The translations under genes and the position numbers were made by a program. From the human T2T-CHM13v2.0 reference genome, Homo sapiens, in contig CP068257.2 of NCBI GenBank assembly GCA_009914755.4, positions 27,360,001-27,424,000 of the forward strand: a stretch of DNA of 64,000 nt. Reading direction: 5' to 3'. Positions within the stretch are counted from its first letter, which is position 1, and each line of letters starts with the position of its first letter. The notes below the pieces were generated by a model. The model was not told the origin of the DNA, did no database searches, and worked only from the letters and a program-made list of their open reading frames with translations. Positions 1 through 14,093 of the stretch are shown one piece after another.

Positions 1-206
<206 letters not shown>

Positions 207-250
207 TTATTAAACTTGGTGGTACTTTACCTTCAACTGTTATTAAGATG

Positions 251-790
251 TATTTTTTTGGGGGGGGGTACAAATACTTTTTAATGGGTTTAAAGTTTTT
301 CTTTTTCTTTTTAATCTACTGGAAAATCATGCAATGCTGCGAGCATTGGACACAATCCAGGGCCACAAGTCTGCATACTCCTTTGCTACTGGTCCTATAA
401 TGGCAGAACCTTTCATTTTGCCTTTATTATTCACTATGACCCCTGCATTATCTTCGGAATAAAGAAACACACCATCTTTTCTCCGGTATGACTTTGGTTG
501 TCGAATGACCGCTGCTGGATGTACCATTTTTCTGAGCTCTGGTTTGCCCTTCTTGACTGTGGCCATCACCATGTCACCCACACTAGCAGCAGAAAGTCTG
601 TTCCGCTGTCCCTTGATCCCCTTCACGGAGATGATATACAGGTTTTTGGCTCCTGTGTTGTCAGCAGTTGATCACAGCTCCTACTGGAAGACCCAAGGAA
701 ATCCAGAATTTCACACCAGAGGACCTACCACGTCCTCGCTTTGACATCTTGAACGCTGGAAAGAAGGAAAAAAGTATTTTTAAATTCTTT
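251..790 (-). pseudogene. RPL23P: RPL23 (60S ribosomal protein L23) processed pseudogene
   Basis: The minus-strand translation reads [25 protein letters not shown] then, after a 2-bp deletion frameshift and stop, ...[85 protein letters not shown]. It is intronless and has a 3'UTR plus a poly(A) remnant (poly-T on + at about 251-259). ORF 327..626 covers the C-terminal part. Confidence 0.9.
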
Positions 791-1322
791 TTAAGCAAAC
801 TTCTTATTTAAATAGCAGCAACACTACATAGGTAATATATGCCAGCAGAGCATTTGTTTGTCAACTGAGATCTGTAGAGAGTCAATTGAGAAAATAAGAT
901 ATAATAGTTTGCTAACACTACAAAATAAATGTACAATAAGAATAATTTCAGTATATACCAGCTGTAACTCATCACAATTCAACATGAGATTGGGGTGGGG
1001 ACAAATGTCCAAACTATATCAGAGGGATTTAAAAGAAAAGAAAATAACCATAATAGTACTAGAGGAATATATAGGTGAATTTCCAGTTCAAAATAGCATC
1101 TGCTAGCAGCCCCTCTCAAATTCACATACACACAAAAAAATTGATGAAAACATTGAAGACGACAAAAACAACACAACTAAAATTAAAACTGATGAAAAAC
1201 AGACTTCCGGAATCTAGAAGGAAACTGTAATACTGAGTCTGGACTCAGGAAGTCAAGAAGGCAGGAAGGAGATACAGACACATGTATATATTATTTCCTT
1301 ACCACATAAAACTGTGTCCTTT

Positions 1323-1725
<403 letters not shown>

Positions 1726-2639
1726 TCACCCTCAACACGTGTTTACAGTTTGGCTAATGACAGTGCTTCCATAGCAGCCTCTCATGAGTGCTGTTTATTG
1801 TCTAAAATCCTACCTACCTCAGGGGTCTGCAGATAAGAATAGGATCTTCTTTGCTTCCACTTTCCTTAAAACAATAAATCATTGTTTTTGGGCTGCTGTC
1901 AACAGAATACACCTTCTGACATCTGTCCTCTTACCAGCCTCCTGGTCACTCCCTTTTAGTCTCTAAAGACTTAGCACTTGGCTCTCCACCCTCATTCCAA
2001 ACATCATCCTGGATGGTCTTTTTAAAGTCCTAATTAGGTTCATGTGGCATATCTGTCCATTGCTTGGCCTCTCAGTTATAAAAATCTTCATCTCTCATAT
2101 CCTTTTCCTCCATTCCACTTCATCTACCACACCACAGTCACATCCTGATATTAATACTTAAATTTTCCCAATTTCACCCCACTCTTGGGTCACAATCTCT
2201 CTTGCCAGATTCCTCATTTAACTGTTTCCACCTAGACATTCTTCAAGGAAATCTTAACCTTGCATTGGCCCTTATATTTTCTCGCTAACTTTAAGGACTC
2301 TTTTCTCTTTACTCTCTTCATTGTTCACTTTAGAGTTCATGATCTTTTGTGTCAATCACTCTCTTGCCAATACCACGAAGTCTCTTGTACATCTGCTCTT
2401 TCAGCCTATTCATCTGGAGAAACCAAACACTACACAAAGCCAATTATTTGTTTTCAGCTTTTTTTTTTCCAGAGAAAAGTTGAACACTACCTGGAAAACA
2501 AACAATTTAGTCAACACAAGCTTTAGACCACTAAGAATTAATTATCCCATACCTTAGTTGTGTCTTCAATACAGCCCAACAAATGTACCATACTTCCGTA
2601 ATGTCTTAGGACTCCCAGCAATTAATTATTTGAACACTT

Positions 2640-4107
2640 CTTCAAAACTCTGATCATTCTACCTTCCTCCTTGACTTCAACAGATGAGTTTTCCTCCAAT
2701 TTCACAGTGAGAGGTGACAGCGTGCTGGCAGTCCTCACAGCCCTGGCTCGCTCTCGGCGCCTCCTCTGCCTGGGGTCCCACTTTGGCAGCACTTGTGGAG
2801 CCCTTCAGCCCGCCGCTGCACTGTGGGAGCCCCTTTCTGGGCTGGCCAAGGCCGGAGCCCGCTCCCTCAGCTTGCGGGGAGGTGTGGAGGGAGAGGCGCA
2901 GGCGGGAACCCGGGCTGCGCGCGGTGCTTGCGGGCCAGCGTGAGTTCCGGGTGGGCGTGGGCTCGGCGGACCCTGCGCTCTGAGCGGCCTGCCTGCCCGC
3001 CCCGCCGGCCCGGGGCAGTGAGGGGCTTAGCACCTGGGCCAGCAGCTGCTGTGCTCAATTTCTCGCCGGGCCTTAGCTGCCTTCCCGCGGGGCAAGGCGC
3101 GGGACCTGCAGCCCGCCATGCCTGAGCCTCCCCTCCCCGCTTCCGTGGCTCCTGTGCAGCCTGAGCCTCCCCGACAAGCGCCACCCCCTACTCCACGGCT
3201 CCCAGTCCCATCGACCACCCAAGGGCTGAGGAGTGCGGGCACACGGCGGGGGACTGGCAAGCAGCTCCACCTGCAACCCGGGTACGGGATCCACTGGATG
3301 AAGCCCGCTGGGCTCCTGAGTCTGGTGGGGACGCGGAGAACCTTTATGTCTAGCTCAGGGATTGTAAATACACCAATCGGCACTCTGTATCTAGCTCAAG
3401 GTTTGTAAACACACCAATCAGCACCCTGTGTCTAGCTCAGGGTTTGCGAATGCACCAATCGACACTCTGTATCTAGCTACTCTGGTGGGGACTTGGAGAA
3501 CCTTTGTGTGGATGTACCTAGCTAATCTAGTGGGGAGGTGGAGAAACTTTGTGTCTAGCTCAGGGATTGTAAATGCACCAATCAGCACCCTGTCAAAACA
3601 GACCACTCAGCTCTCTGTAAAATGGACCAATCAGCAGGATGTGGGTGGGGCCAGATAAGAGAATAAAAGCAGGCTGCCCGAGCAAGCAGTGACAACCTGC
3701 TCTGGTTCCTTTACATACTGTAGAAGCTTTGTTTTTTTTTCTGTTTGCAATAAATCTTGCTACTGCTCACTCTTTGGGTCCACACTGCTTTTATGAGCTG
3801 TAACACTCACCACGAAAGTCTGCAGCTTCACTCCTGAAGCCAGCAAGACCAGGAGCCCACCAGGAGGAACGAACAACTCCAGACACACTGCCTTAAGAGC
3901 TGTAACACTCACTGCGAAGGTCTGCAGCTTCACTCTTGAGCCAGCGAGACCACGAGCCCACCAGGAGGAAGAAACTCTCAACACATCCAAACATCAGAAG
4001 GAACAAACTCCAGACGTGCCATCTTAAGAGCTGTAACACTCACCATGAGGGTCCGAGGCTTCATTCTTGAAGTCAGTGAGACCAAGAACCCACCAATTCT
4101 GGACACA
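2640..4107 (+). mobile_element. Solo LTR12-family (HERV9) LTR
   Basis: GC-rich U3 (tcacagtgagaggtgacagcgtgctggcagtcctcacagccctggctcgctctcggcgcctcctctgcctgggg...). Tandem CCAAT-containing repeats (caccaatcggcac / caccaatcagcac / caccaatcgacac / gaccaatcagcag at about 3370-3640). AATAAA at 3749-3754. Three tandem ~100-bp 'gagctgtaacactcac...cccaccaggagga' repeats, ending ...cccaccaattctggacaca. Confidence 0.8.
3749..3754 (+). promoter_or_regulatory. LTR12 internal polyadenylation signal AATAAA
   Basis: tgcaataaatcttgctactgctcac, the canonical R-region signal of the LTR. Confidence 0.5.
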
Positions 4108-4500
4108 AGAGGACAAGATAATCAGATTATAATCCTTATCTTTTCAATAGCAAACATACAAATTGGGCTGATGATTATTATACACGTTTAACTAAATGGG
4201 TGTTAGAATAGTAAAATTCTCTGATACCCTCTGAAATGTTCTTTCATTGCCCTTCCCATTTCCCTAGGATGTTTCTGACCTCCCCCTGATTCCTGGCTAA
4301 AGTGTGAATTGCTGATTTATCAGGCTTCTAAAACCCCATTCCAGCCCTAGACATATGGCTATTCCAATGGATGGTGATCAGGTCATATTGGTTGTTAACT
4401 ATGTTGAATATCCCTTCCCACGAAACTTCCATCTTCAATTATAGTCGCTCCATAATTCTGTTAAAGAAATAAGTGTTAAAGATGGGGGGGAGAAAAATGA

Positions 4501-4821
<321 letters not shown>

Positions 4822-5399
4822 TAATTTGTTTTTTTTTTTTTTTAAAGAAAACCCCGCATATACACACATGCAAAAATAAGATACTAGAAAATAAAATGTA
4901 AAACCAAAATTTAATATTGTCTTTTTGGACACAGGATTGTGGGTGACTTTAAAATCCAGTTATTTCTACTCTTCCTATAATGATACATATTATGTGTAAT
5001 CATATGTATAATACATATATGTAATACGTTATATATAACATATAAATAATATATATAATTTGTTGGTGGGAGGAACAAGGGAAAGCAGGTTTACAAAATC
5101 TGAAAAGCCAAATGCCCCAGTGGGGAAAAAACCCTCCATTTCGGTAATTCCCTGGTTAAAATCGAGGAACACCCTGGACTTCGAAGGCACCACCTGGGTC
5201 CCAGGGTGCACCATTCCTCTAATCCCCCAGTTGCAGCAACATCTGGGAAGTCCCGAGAATGGGGATCTATGCCTGTTTTTCCAAAAGATAATAAGCGTCA
5301 ACAACAACAAAAAAATAAAAAGTCCAACTCCGCCCCAAAGCAGCATCTGGCTGGCCTGCGAGATGCCCACTGGGGAGGCGAGTCCGCAGCTTAGGACTC

Positions 5400-5900
5400 A
5401 AGCCCGGGGTCAGAAGCTATTGCCGAAATCCGAAACGCAGCGCTCGCAGCTGCAGTGACGCGACCTGCTCATAAGTCCCCGTGCTCACAGCATCCCGGCA
5501 ACTTACGAGCTAGTGCTTCCGGGTCACCCCGGCCCAGGAAGGCGCACGCGCGCAGCATAGCGAGCTTCACTCCGCACTCTTAGGCTGCGTGTGAGGCCTG
5601 CGAGTGCTCGGGAGCTGCCGCGGTCACAAGAGAAAGCCTAGCTGTCAATGACAGCCCCAGAGCATCTGGGCGCCTTGCGATACCCGGGTGTCTGTAGGCA
5701 GCCAGGAGACACTTCCAAGCTGATCTGGAATCTTTCCTCGCCCAGCTCTGTCCCTCGCAGGGATGGCAAAGGACATTACGACCTACATCCCTTCCCGGAT
5801 CTGATGGCTTCAGATTGGCAGATTGTGTTAAAGTGGAAGGCTCGTGGTGCCCCTTTGCTGAGTTTTTATGGACTTAGTTTTCCCAAGTAGTTCTAATTAT
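5400..5900. other. Unassigned CpG-rich block (CpG-island-like), no recognisable coding exon
   Basis: Dense CpG: cgaaatccgaaacgcagcgctcgcagctgcagtgacgcgacc...ggaaggcgcacgcgcgcagcatagcgagc...gctgccgcggtc...ggcgccttgcgatacccggg. It has no match to any repeat family I recognise and no protein homology. Confidence 0.4.
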
Positions 5901-6039
5901 CGCTGGGGGGGTGGGGTGGGGCGGGAACGTAATTTCTGCGTCTGCCCTTAAATACCTTTAAACCTTGGCTGCATTGCCGCTTTTATGGAATTTCACCCAT
6001 AGTCTGTCTTTTTTAGTTTCCCTGATACGCATCTTTCTT

Positions 6040-6066
6040 AATAATAATAATAATAAATAAATAAAT
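6040..6066. repeat. Simple repeat (AAT)n/(AAAT)n
   Basis: aataataataataataaataaataaata immediately 5' of an Alu. Confidence 0.8.
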
Positions 6067-6342
6067 AGCACTTTGGGAGGCCGAGGCGGGCGGATTACCT
6101 GAGGTCGGGAGTTCAAGAGCAGCCAGGCTAACATGGTGAAACCTACCTCTCTACTAAAAATACAAAAATTAGCGGGGTGCAGTGGCGCGCGCCTGCAATC
6201 CCAGCTACTCCGGAGGCTGAGGAAGAATTGCTTGAACCTGGGAGGCAGAGGTTGTGGTGAGCCTAGATCACGCCACCGCACTCGCACTCCAGCCTGGGCT
6301 ACAGAGCGAGACTTCGTCTTAAAAAAAAAAAAAAAAAAAAAA
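6067..6342 (+). repeat. Alu SINE (5' truncated)
   Basis: gcactttgggaggccgaggcgggcggattacctgaggtcgggagttcaagagcagcc...gcctgggctacagagcgagacttcgtcttaaaaaaaaaaaaaaaaaaaaaa. Confidence 0.9.
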
Positions 6343-6583
6343 CAAGGCATGTGGCCAGTATTCCCTGCCTATACTTGTTTTCTTTAGAAAAATGTAACTT
6401 TTAAACATAATTTGACTTGAAACGGTTTCTTTCCAGGATTTATCATTTTTTATAGGTGATTCCAGTTCAAACTATTTATTACATTAATATGTTGACAAAT
6501 TGTCGTTGCTGAACAAATTTTTTATGTGCAATCATACGGAACATTTTATATTTAAGGATGTTTATATATCAAGTATATAATCA

Positions 6584-6893
<310 letters not shown>

Positions 6894-8157
6894 AGAAAGA
6901 AACCTAAGAAAGCTATATTGTTTATACTCTAACATTTCTAACATTTAACTACATTTATCCATTCTCAAAGGAAGTTGGTCATCACAAGATTGGAAAATCT
7001 GTACTTCCCTGGCTTATATGACTTAATCATAAATGTCTAAATTTGACAGATGTCCCAGGAAAGAAAACTTATAAAACTACTCTGTTGCATTCTATGTGTT
7101 TATGTGACATTTGAGATCTGCATATTATACATAGCAATCTGGTTTTTAATATAATGTAGAGAGACTGAAAAAGTTTTAGCAGTTTAGCTGCCACTTTAGC
7201 TGCTTAAAGTAATATATGCATCATCTGCCCCCTTTGGTGGTAGGGATGTCAGATTCCATTCTCTGTAGGGTATTTCATACAAATCTGTTAGTCGCTGGAG
7301 GAATCAGAAACTAGACACACAACTGGTCCACCTGGCTGTCTGGTGGCAGCAGAGGAACTGGGATTTCCAGGGCAACTGACGGGGCGATAGGACAGGGCAG
7401 CAGGGAGGAAATCTGGGGACGTACATAAGATTTAGGTCCAATACAAGCACTGTGCTTTAAATACCATTCTGATTCTCATTTATGTTTAACCACCTTTATA
7501 TTTAAGATCTATCCACATTGCCTTCTTCCATTTTATTCCTTCAGATTTCTACATTGTATTACATAATATATGCTGTCTTTTACTAACTGATTCATTTTGT
7601 GATGAGCATAGTTTGCCTACAACCTTTTACTAACTTAATGCATTGTCTCTCACCCCAACTCCATTCCTTAACCAAGTCTGACTGGTCAAGAAATATCCAA
7701 CACCTGGTATCAACCTGCATCAACCTGCATGCTAGCAAATTAGCAAATAATAAATGCTTTTGGAACTAACTGGTTTATGGAGGTCCTCAAAAACTGGGTG
7801 GTGTGTTTATTTAATGCTAGGTCAATTTGGCAAAAATAAATGTACAGAAAGCCATTTCCAGAACAAAAAATGTCAGAATACAATTTGCCAAACAAATTTT
7901 CTAAATTACTAATTTGATGAATTGTTGAGGCTTGTTAAAAAAGTTTAAGCCCTACTAATGCCTCAGCCTTGTCTGAGGCAAGCCCAGGAGCAGGGGCAGA
8001 GCGTGAGTATACAAAAAGTGGGGAACTGCAAACTCCACTTCAGAAAAACTTCACCTATTTGTGTATCAAAAGGCTGGGGTAAATGCAAAACTAAAGCTCT
8101 GAAAAACTCTATTTGACAAACTAGCTTTCAACTGCTAGTAAAAAGCCTAGATATTGG

Positions 8158-8452
<295 letters not shown>

Positions 8453-8454
8453 CT

Positions 8455-9117
8455 AGAAATTAAACAAAACTGGTTTTATTTCATAAGATGTTTAGAGACA
8501 GGCAATGGCTGGTGTTGGGTCAGCAGCTCAACAATGTGGCAACTGGCATCTTCGTGGTTCTCTTGGCCCTTCGTCGTGGTTCAAATAACTCCTCCAGCTC
8601 CAGTCATCACTTTGGTGTTTATGGCAGTAAGGGGGGGAGGAGGTGGCCTAGCTGCATATGTATCTTTAATCAGGAAGTAAAAGTTTTCCCAGAATTCCCA
8701 AGGCCAAAGCTGTGTCCTGAGGCCACTGAGAGTTGTTAGTTGCAACAGAGGCTGAAAGGGGAGCAATTAGCTTTTCTGGGTTCTTTAGTGAAGGCAGGTA
8801 AGGGAGAAGGGGGTTGGGAATGGCTGGCAAATTGGAGCACCAACATTACCTTTATGGATAATTTCTTTTTCAAAATGGGCAGCTGATATGTGAAGAAATA
8901 TCTAACAACAATTTTAAGGTTGTAATTTGAAACTCAGTTCTGCTTTCAATCATGACATTTTTAACAGATGCATTTCAGCTATACTATTTTTTCTTGTGCC
9001 CCACTCCCCAACATTCTAGAATGGAACTAAAATAAAATTACTTAATCTTTCAAGAAAAAGTGGGAAAAAAAAATCAAAAGGCCAACAGTGGCAAGATACT
9101 TTCAACTACTCTTGATG
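8455..9117 (-). other. RWDD2B: RWDD2B 3'UTR (inferred); candidate poly(A) signal AATAAA on minus at 8475-8480
   Basis: Continuation of the terminal exon below the stop at 9118-9120. 'tttatt' on + at 8475-8480 is AATAAA on minus. The 3' end is inferred, not demonstrated. Confidence 0.3.
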
Positions 9118-9381
<264 letters not shown>

Positions 9382-9489
9382 TCAAAATGTATATTCTAGA
9401 GCATTTAAAACAGAAGTTATAAAACAGATTTATCAATGCCTTTTCCTAGAAGTAGTCTACTTTTTAAAATGTTTATAACTTTTACTTAT

Positions 9490-9610
9490 TGATTTAGTAG
9501 AGGCAGGTCTTGCTATGTTGCTCATGCTGGTTTCAAACTCCTGGCTGCAAGTGATACTCTGGCCTCAGCCTCCCAAAGTGCTGGGATTACAGGTGTGAGT
9601 CATACACACC
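9490..9610 (-). repeat. Alu fragment (monomer-size)
   Basis: gcaggtcttgctatgttgctcatgctggtttcaaactcctggctgcaagtgatactctggcctcagcctcccaaagtgctgggattacaggtgtgagtcat. Confidence 0.75.
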
Positions 9611-10388
9611 CCGTCCAAGAAGTCTACTTTTATCTCACAGGGATTTATTTTAATCAAATATGATTCTGGTCATAATCTCATCTCTGAACTCATTTGTTGC
9701 CCTTACTACAGCCATGTATCAGTAGTTTAGAAATGTAGGAATTACTGAATCCCAAACTACTATGGACCTTCTCAGAAATTCATTTAGTATATCAGTAGAG
9801 AAATGAGACTAGTGGCAATTCTAATGCTTCTAGAAAGCTCCTTACTTCACAGGGTATACAGTTTGCAGCATCACTAAAATGAGGGAAGGACCAGATCCAT
9901 GGAAGTGGATGGGGTCATAGTGTCTGGGGCAGGAGCTCAATTCATTCAGTGCATATTTACAGAATGTCTCCTACATGCACTTGTCAGGTGACGGGGAAAA
10001 TGCTGACTACATGTGATTTCTGCCATATCCATCAACTTGAGATTGAATCCCCATAAAGACACAACCCCTGGGACATACTTATCTCCACATCTCTAATAGT
10101 CATGTGTTGCTTAACAACGGGGATACATTCTGAGAAATGTATCTTTAGGCTATTTTGTTGTTGTACCACCACGACAGAGTGTACTTACACAAACCTAGAT
10201 GGTACTTTTTTTGCATTTATATTTTTTCATATAGAAAACCAAATGTCCCAGCACCATTACTGAATATCATTCTGATATTCAATAGTGGGAAGATCAAGTG
10301 CCATATATCAGGTTTCTATATGTGCTCCATTATAATCTTATGGCATCACTGTTTTATGTGTTGTCCACTGTTGACCAAAACGTCACTA

Positions 10389-10886
<498 letters not shown>

Positions 10887-10900
10887 TTATTCTCAGATTA

Positions 10901-11065
<165 letters not shown>

Positions 11066-11077
11066 TCAATCCCTCTA

Positions 11078-11350
<273 letters not shown>

Positions 11351-11788
11351 TTACATATGCAATCTTGGAAGAAATGAATACATCAACATGTGTACTTACT
11401 AAAATTGTACTTGGTTTCTTCATAAATTGTACAATTTAATTAGTCTCTTTCCCTATTACTCTACTTTCAGATATAATATGCTAAGTCCTATGCTAAGACC
11501 AGCCTGAGCAACATACTGAGACCATCTATAAAAAAACAAACACAAAAAAACTCTTAATAGTAAGTAGACACCACATTCTTCTGTGTCTAGATAGTTGAGT
11601 GGACAACTTGAGCTACCATAATGGGCAATTTCATCAAAGTAAACCAATTATGTAGTCAAAAAGCTGTATCAATAATGTAGCCAGAAGAGAGGATATGACT
11701 GGTTACACTGGAAACCTAGAATGAACAAAGTCAGTCAGAGAGTTTGGTTACGTGGATGGTCAATTTCTTCTTTTTAAGTAAATATTAA

Positions 11789-12085
<297 letters not shown>

Positions 12086-12094
12086 TTTATTAGT

Positions 12095-12393
12095 TTTTTT
12101 TTTTTTTTTTTTGAAACGGAGTCTCGCTCTGTCACCCAGGCTGTAGTGCAGTGGCGCAATCTTGGTTCACTGCAAGCTCCACCTCGGCGCGTTCACGCCA
12201 TTCTCCTGCCTCAGCCTCCCAAATAGCTGGGACTACAGGCGCCCAACACCACACCCGGTTAATTTTTTGTATTTTTAGTAGAGATGGGGTTTCACCGTGT
12301 TAGCCAGGATGGTCTTGATCTCCTGACCTCATGATCCGCCCGCCTCGGCCTCCCAAAGTGCTGGGATTACAGGTGTGAGCCACTGCGCCCGGC
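12095..12393 (-). repeat. Alu SINE (AluY-like)
   Basis: poly-T then gaaacggagtctcgctctgtcacccaggctgtagtgcagtggcgcaatcttggttcactgcaagctccacctcggcgcgttcacgccattctcctgcc...gccactgcgcccggcc. Confidence 0.9.
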
Positions 12394-12699
12394 CTATTTA
12401 TTAGTTTTTAAGAAGCAGAGGAACATAAAGAGAAAATAAGTGTTAATTGTCCTGTAGCTTAAGTCACCCCTGTTAACATTAAAACATCTTAAGCATTATA
12501 CATATATATATGTGAAAAATGCTGGTATAATGTATAAATATGTACAATGTGAGATATATACAGTATACATATTTAAATCCAAAGGGGATAATATATACTT
12601 TTTCCTCCTATTTCCTATCTCCCTCCCCACCAAATATATTTTGTAGATCTATTCACTGTCAACATATAGTGATCTACCTCATTCTTTGTAACTGTCGGC

Positions 12700-12960
12700 T
12701 GTTATACTGAATCATGTAGATATGCCATAACTTATTTAATTCTTTACCTATTGATGGACACTTGGGTTGTTTCCACATTTTTACTAATATGAACAATCCT
12801 ATAATGCAAGGTCTTTTTATATATATAGTATGGTAAACTGAATACTGTGTATTCAATAATAAACTTACAGAGGTGGATTGTTGTATCAACATGTACATTT
12901 TAAATTTTGATAGATATTGCCAAGTTACTTTCCAGAAAGTTGCCATACAGAACAGAAATT
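12700..12960 (+). repeat. Ancient L1 (LINE-1) fragment
   Basis: ttacctattgatggacacttgggttgtttccacatttttactaatatgaacaatcctataatgc resembles the L1 ORF2 3' region (...cacctgttgatggacatttgggttgtttccactttttggctattatgaataatgctgc...). Confidence 0.5.
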
Positions 12961-13026
12961 TACAATTGTACTCAGTCCCCTGCTTCTTTTCTTTAAAAGA
13001 AAATTCTTAATACATAGTTCCTTTTG

Positions 13027-13838
<812 letters not shown>

Positions 13839-13907
13839 CTAAAATATCTTGATTAGAAAGGATTTCTCTACTGCAAGATTATTTTAAAATTCTTCTATTT
13901 TTTACAA

Positions 13908-14093
13908 AAATTAGCTGGGTGAGGTGGTGGGCACCTGTAATCCCAGCTACTTGGGAGGCTGAGACAGAATCACTGGAACCTGGGAGTCAGAGGTTGCAGT
14001 GAGTTGAGATCGTGCCATTGCACTCCAGCCTGGGCAAAAAGAGTGAAACTCCGTCTCAAAAAATAAAAATAAAAAAAAAAAAAACAAAAAAAA
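13908..14093 (+). repeat. Alu right-arm fragment with long A-rich tail
   Basis: aaaaattagctgggtgaggtggtgggcacctgtaatcccagctacttgggaggctgagacag...gcctgggcaaaaagagtgaaactccgtctcaaaaaataaaaataaaaaaaaaaaaaacaaaaaaaa. The SVA is inserted at the end of its tail. Confidence 0.85.

Noticed and set aside
258-266. G9 homopolymer
   Set aside because: It sits at the poly(A) junction of the RPL23 retrocopy (C9 on the pseudogene strand). It is most likely an insertion-site or tail artefact, not a regulatory element.
3027-3658. ORFs of 96-118 aa in 3.0-3.7 kb
   Set aside because: They lie within the GC-rich U3 and CCAAT-repeat region of the LTR12. Solo LTRs carry no protein-coding capacity.
5060-5458. 132-aa plus-strand ORF and 113-aa minus-strand ORF
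   Set aside because: Low-complexity translations with no recognisable domain. The region is bordered by AT-rich simple sequence and the orphan CpG block. It is more likely chance ORFs.
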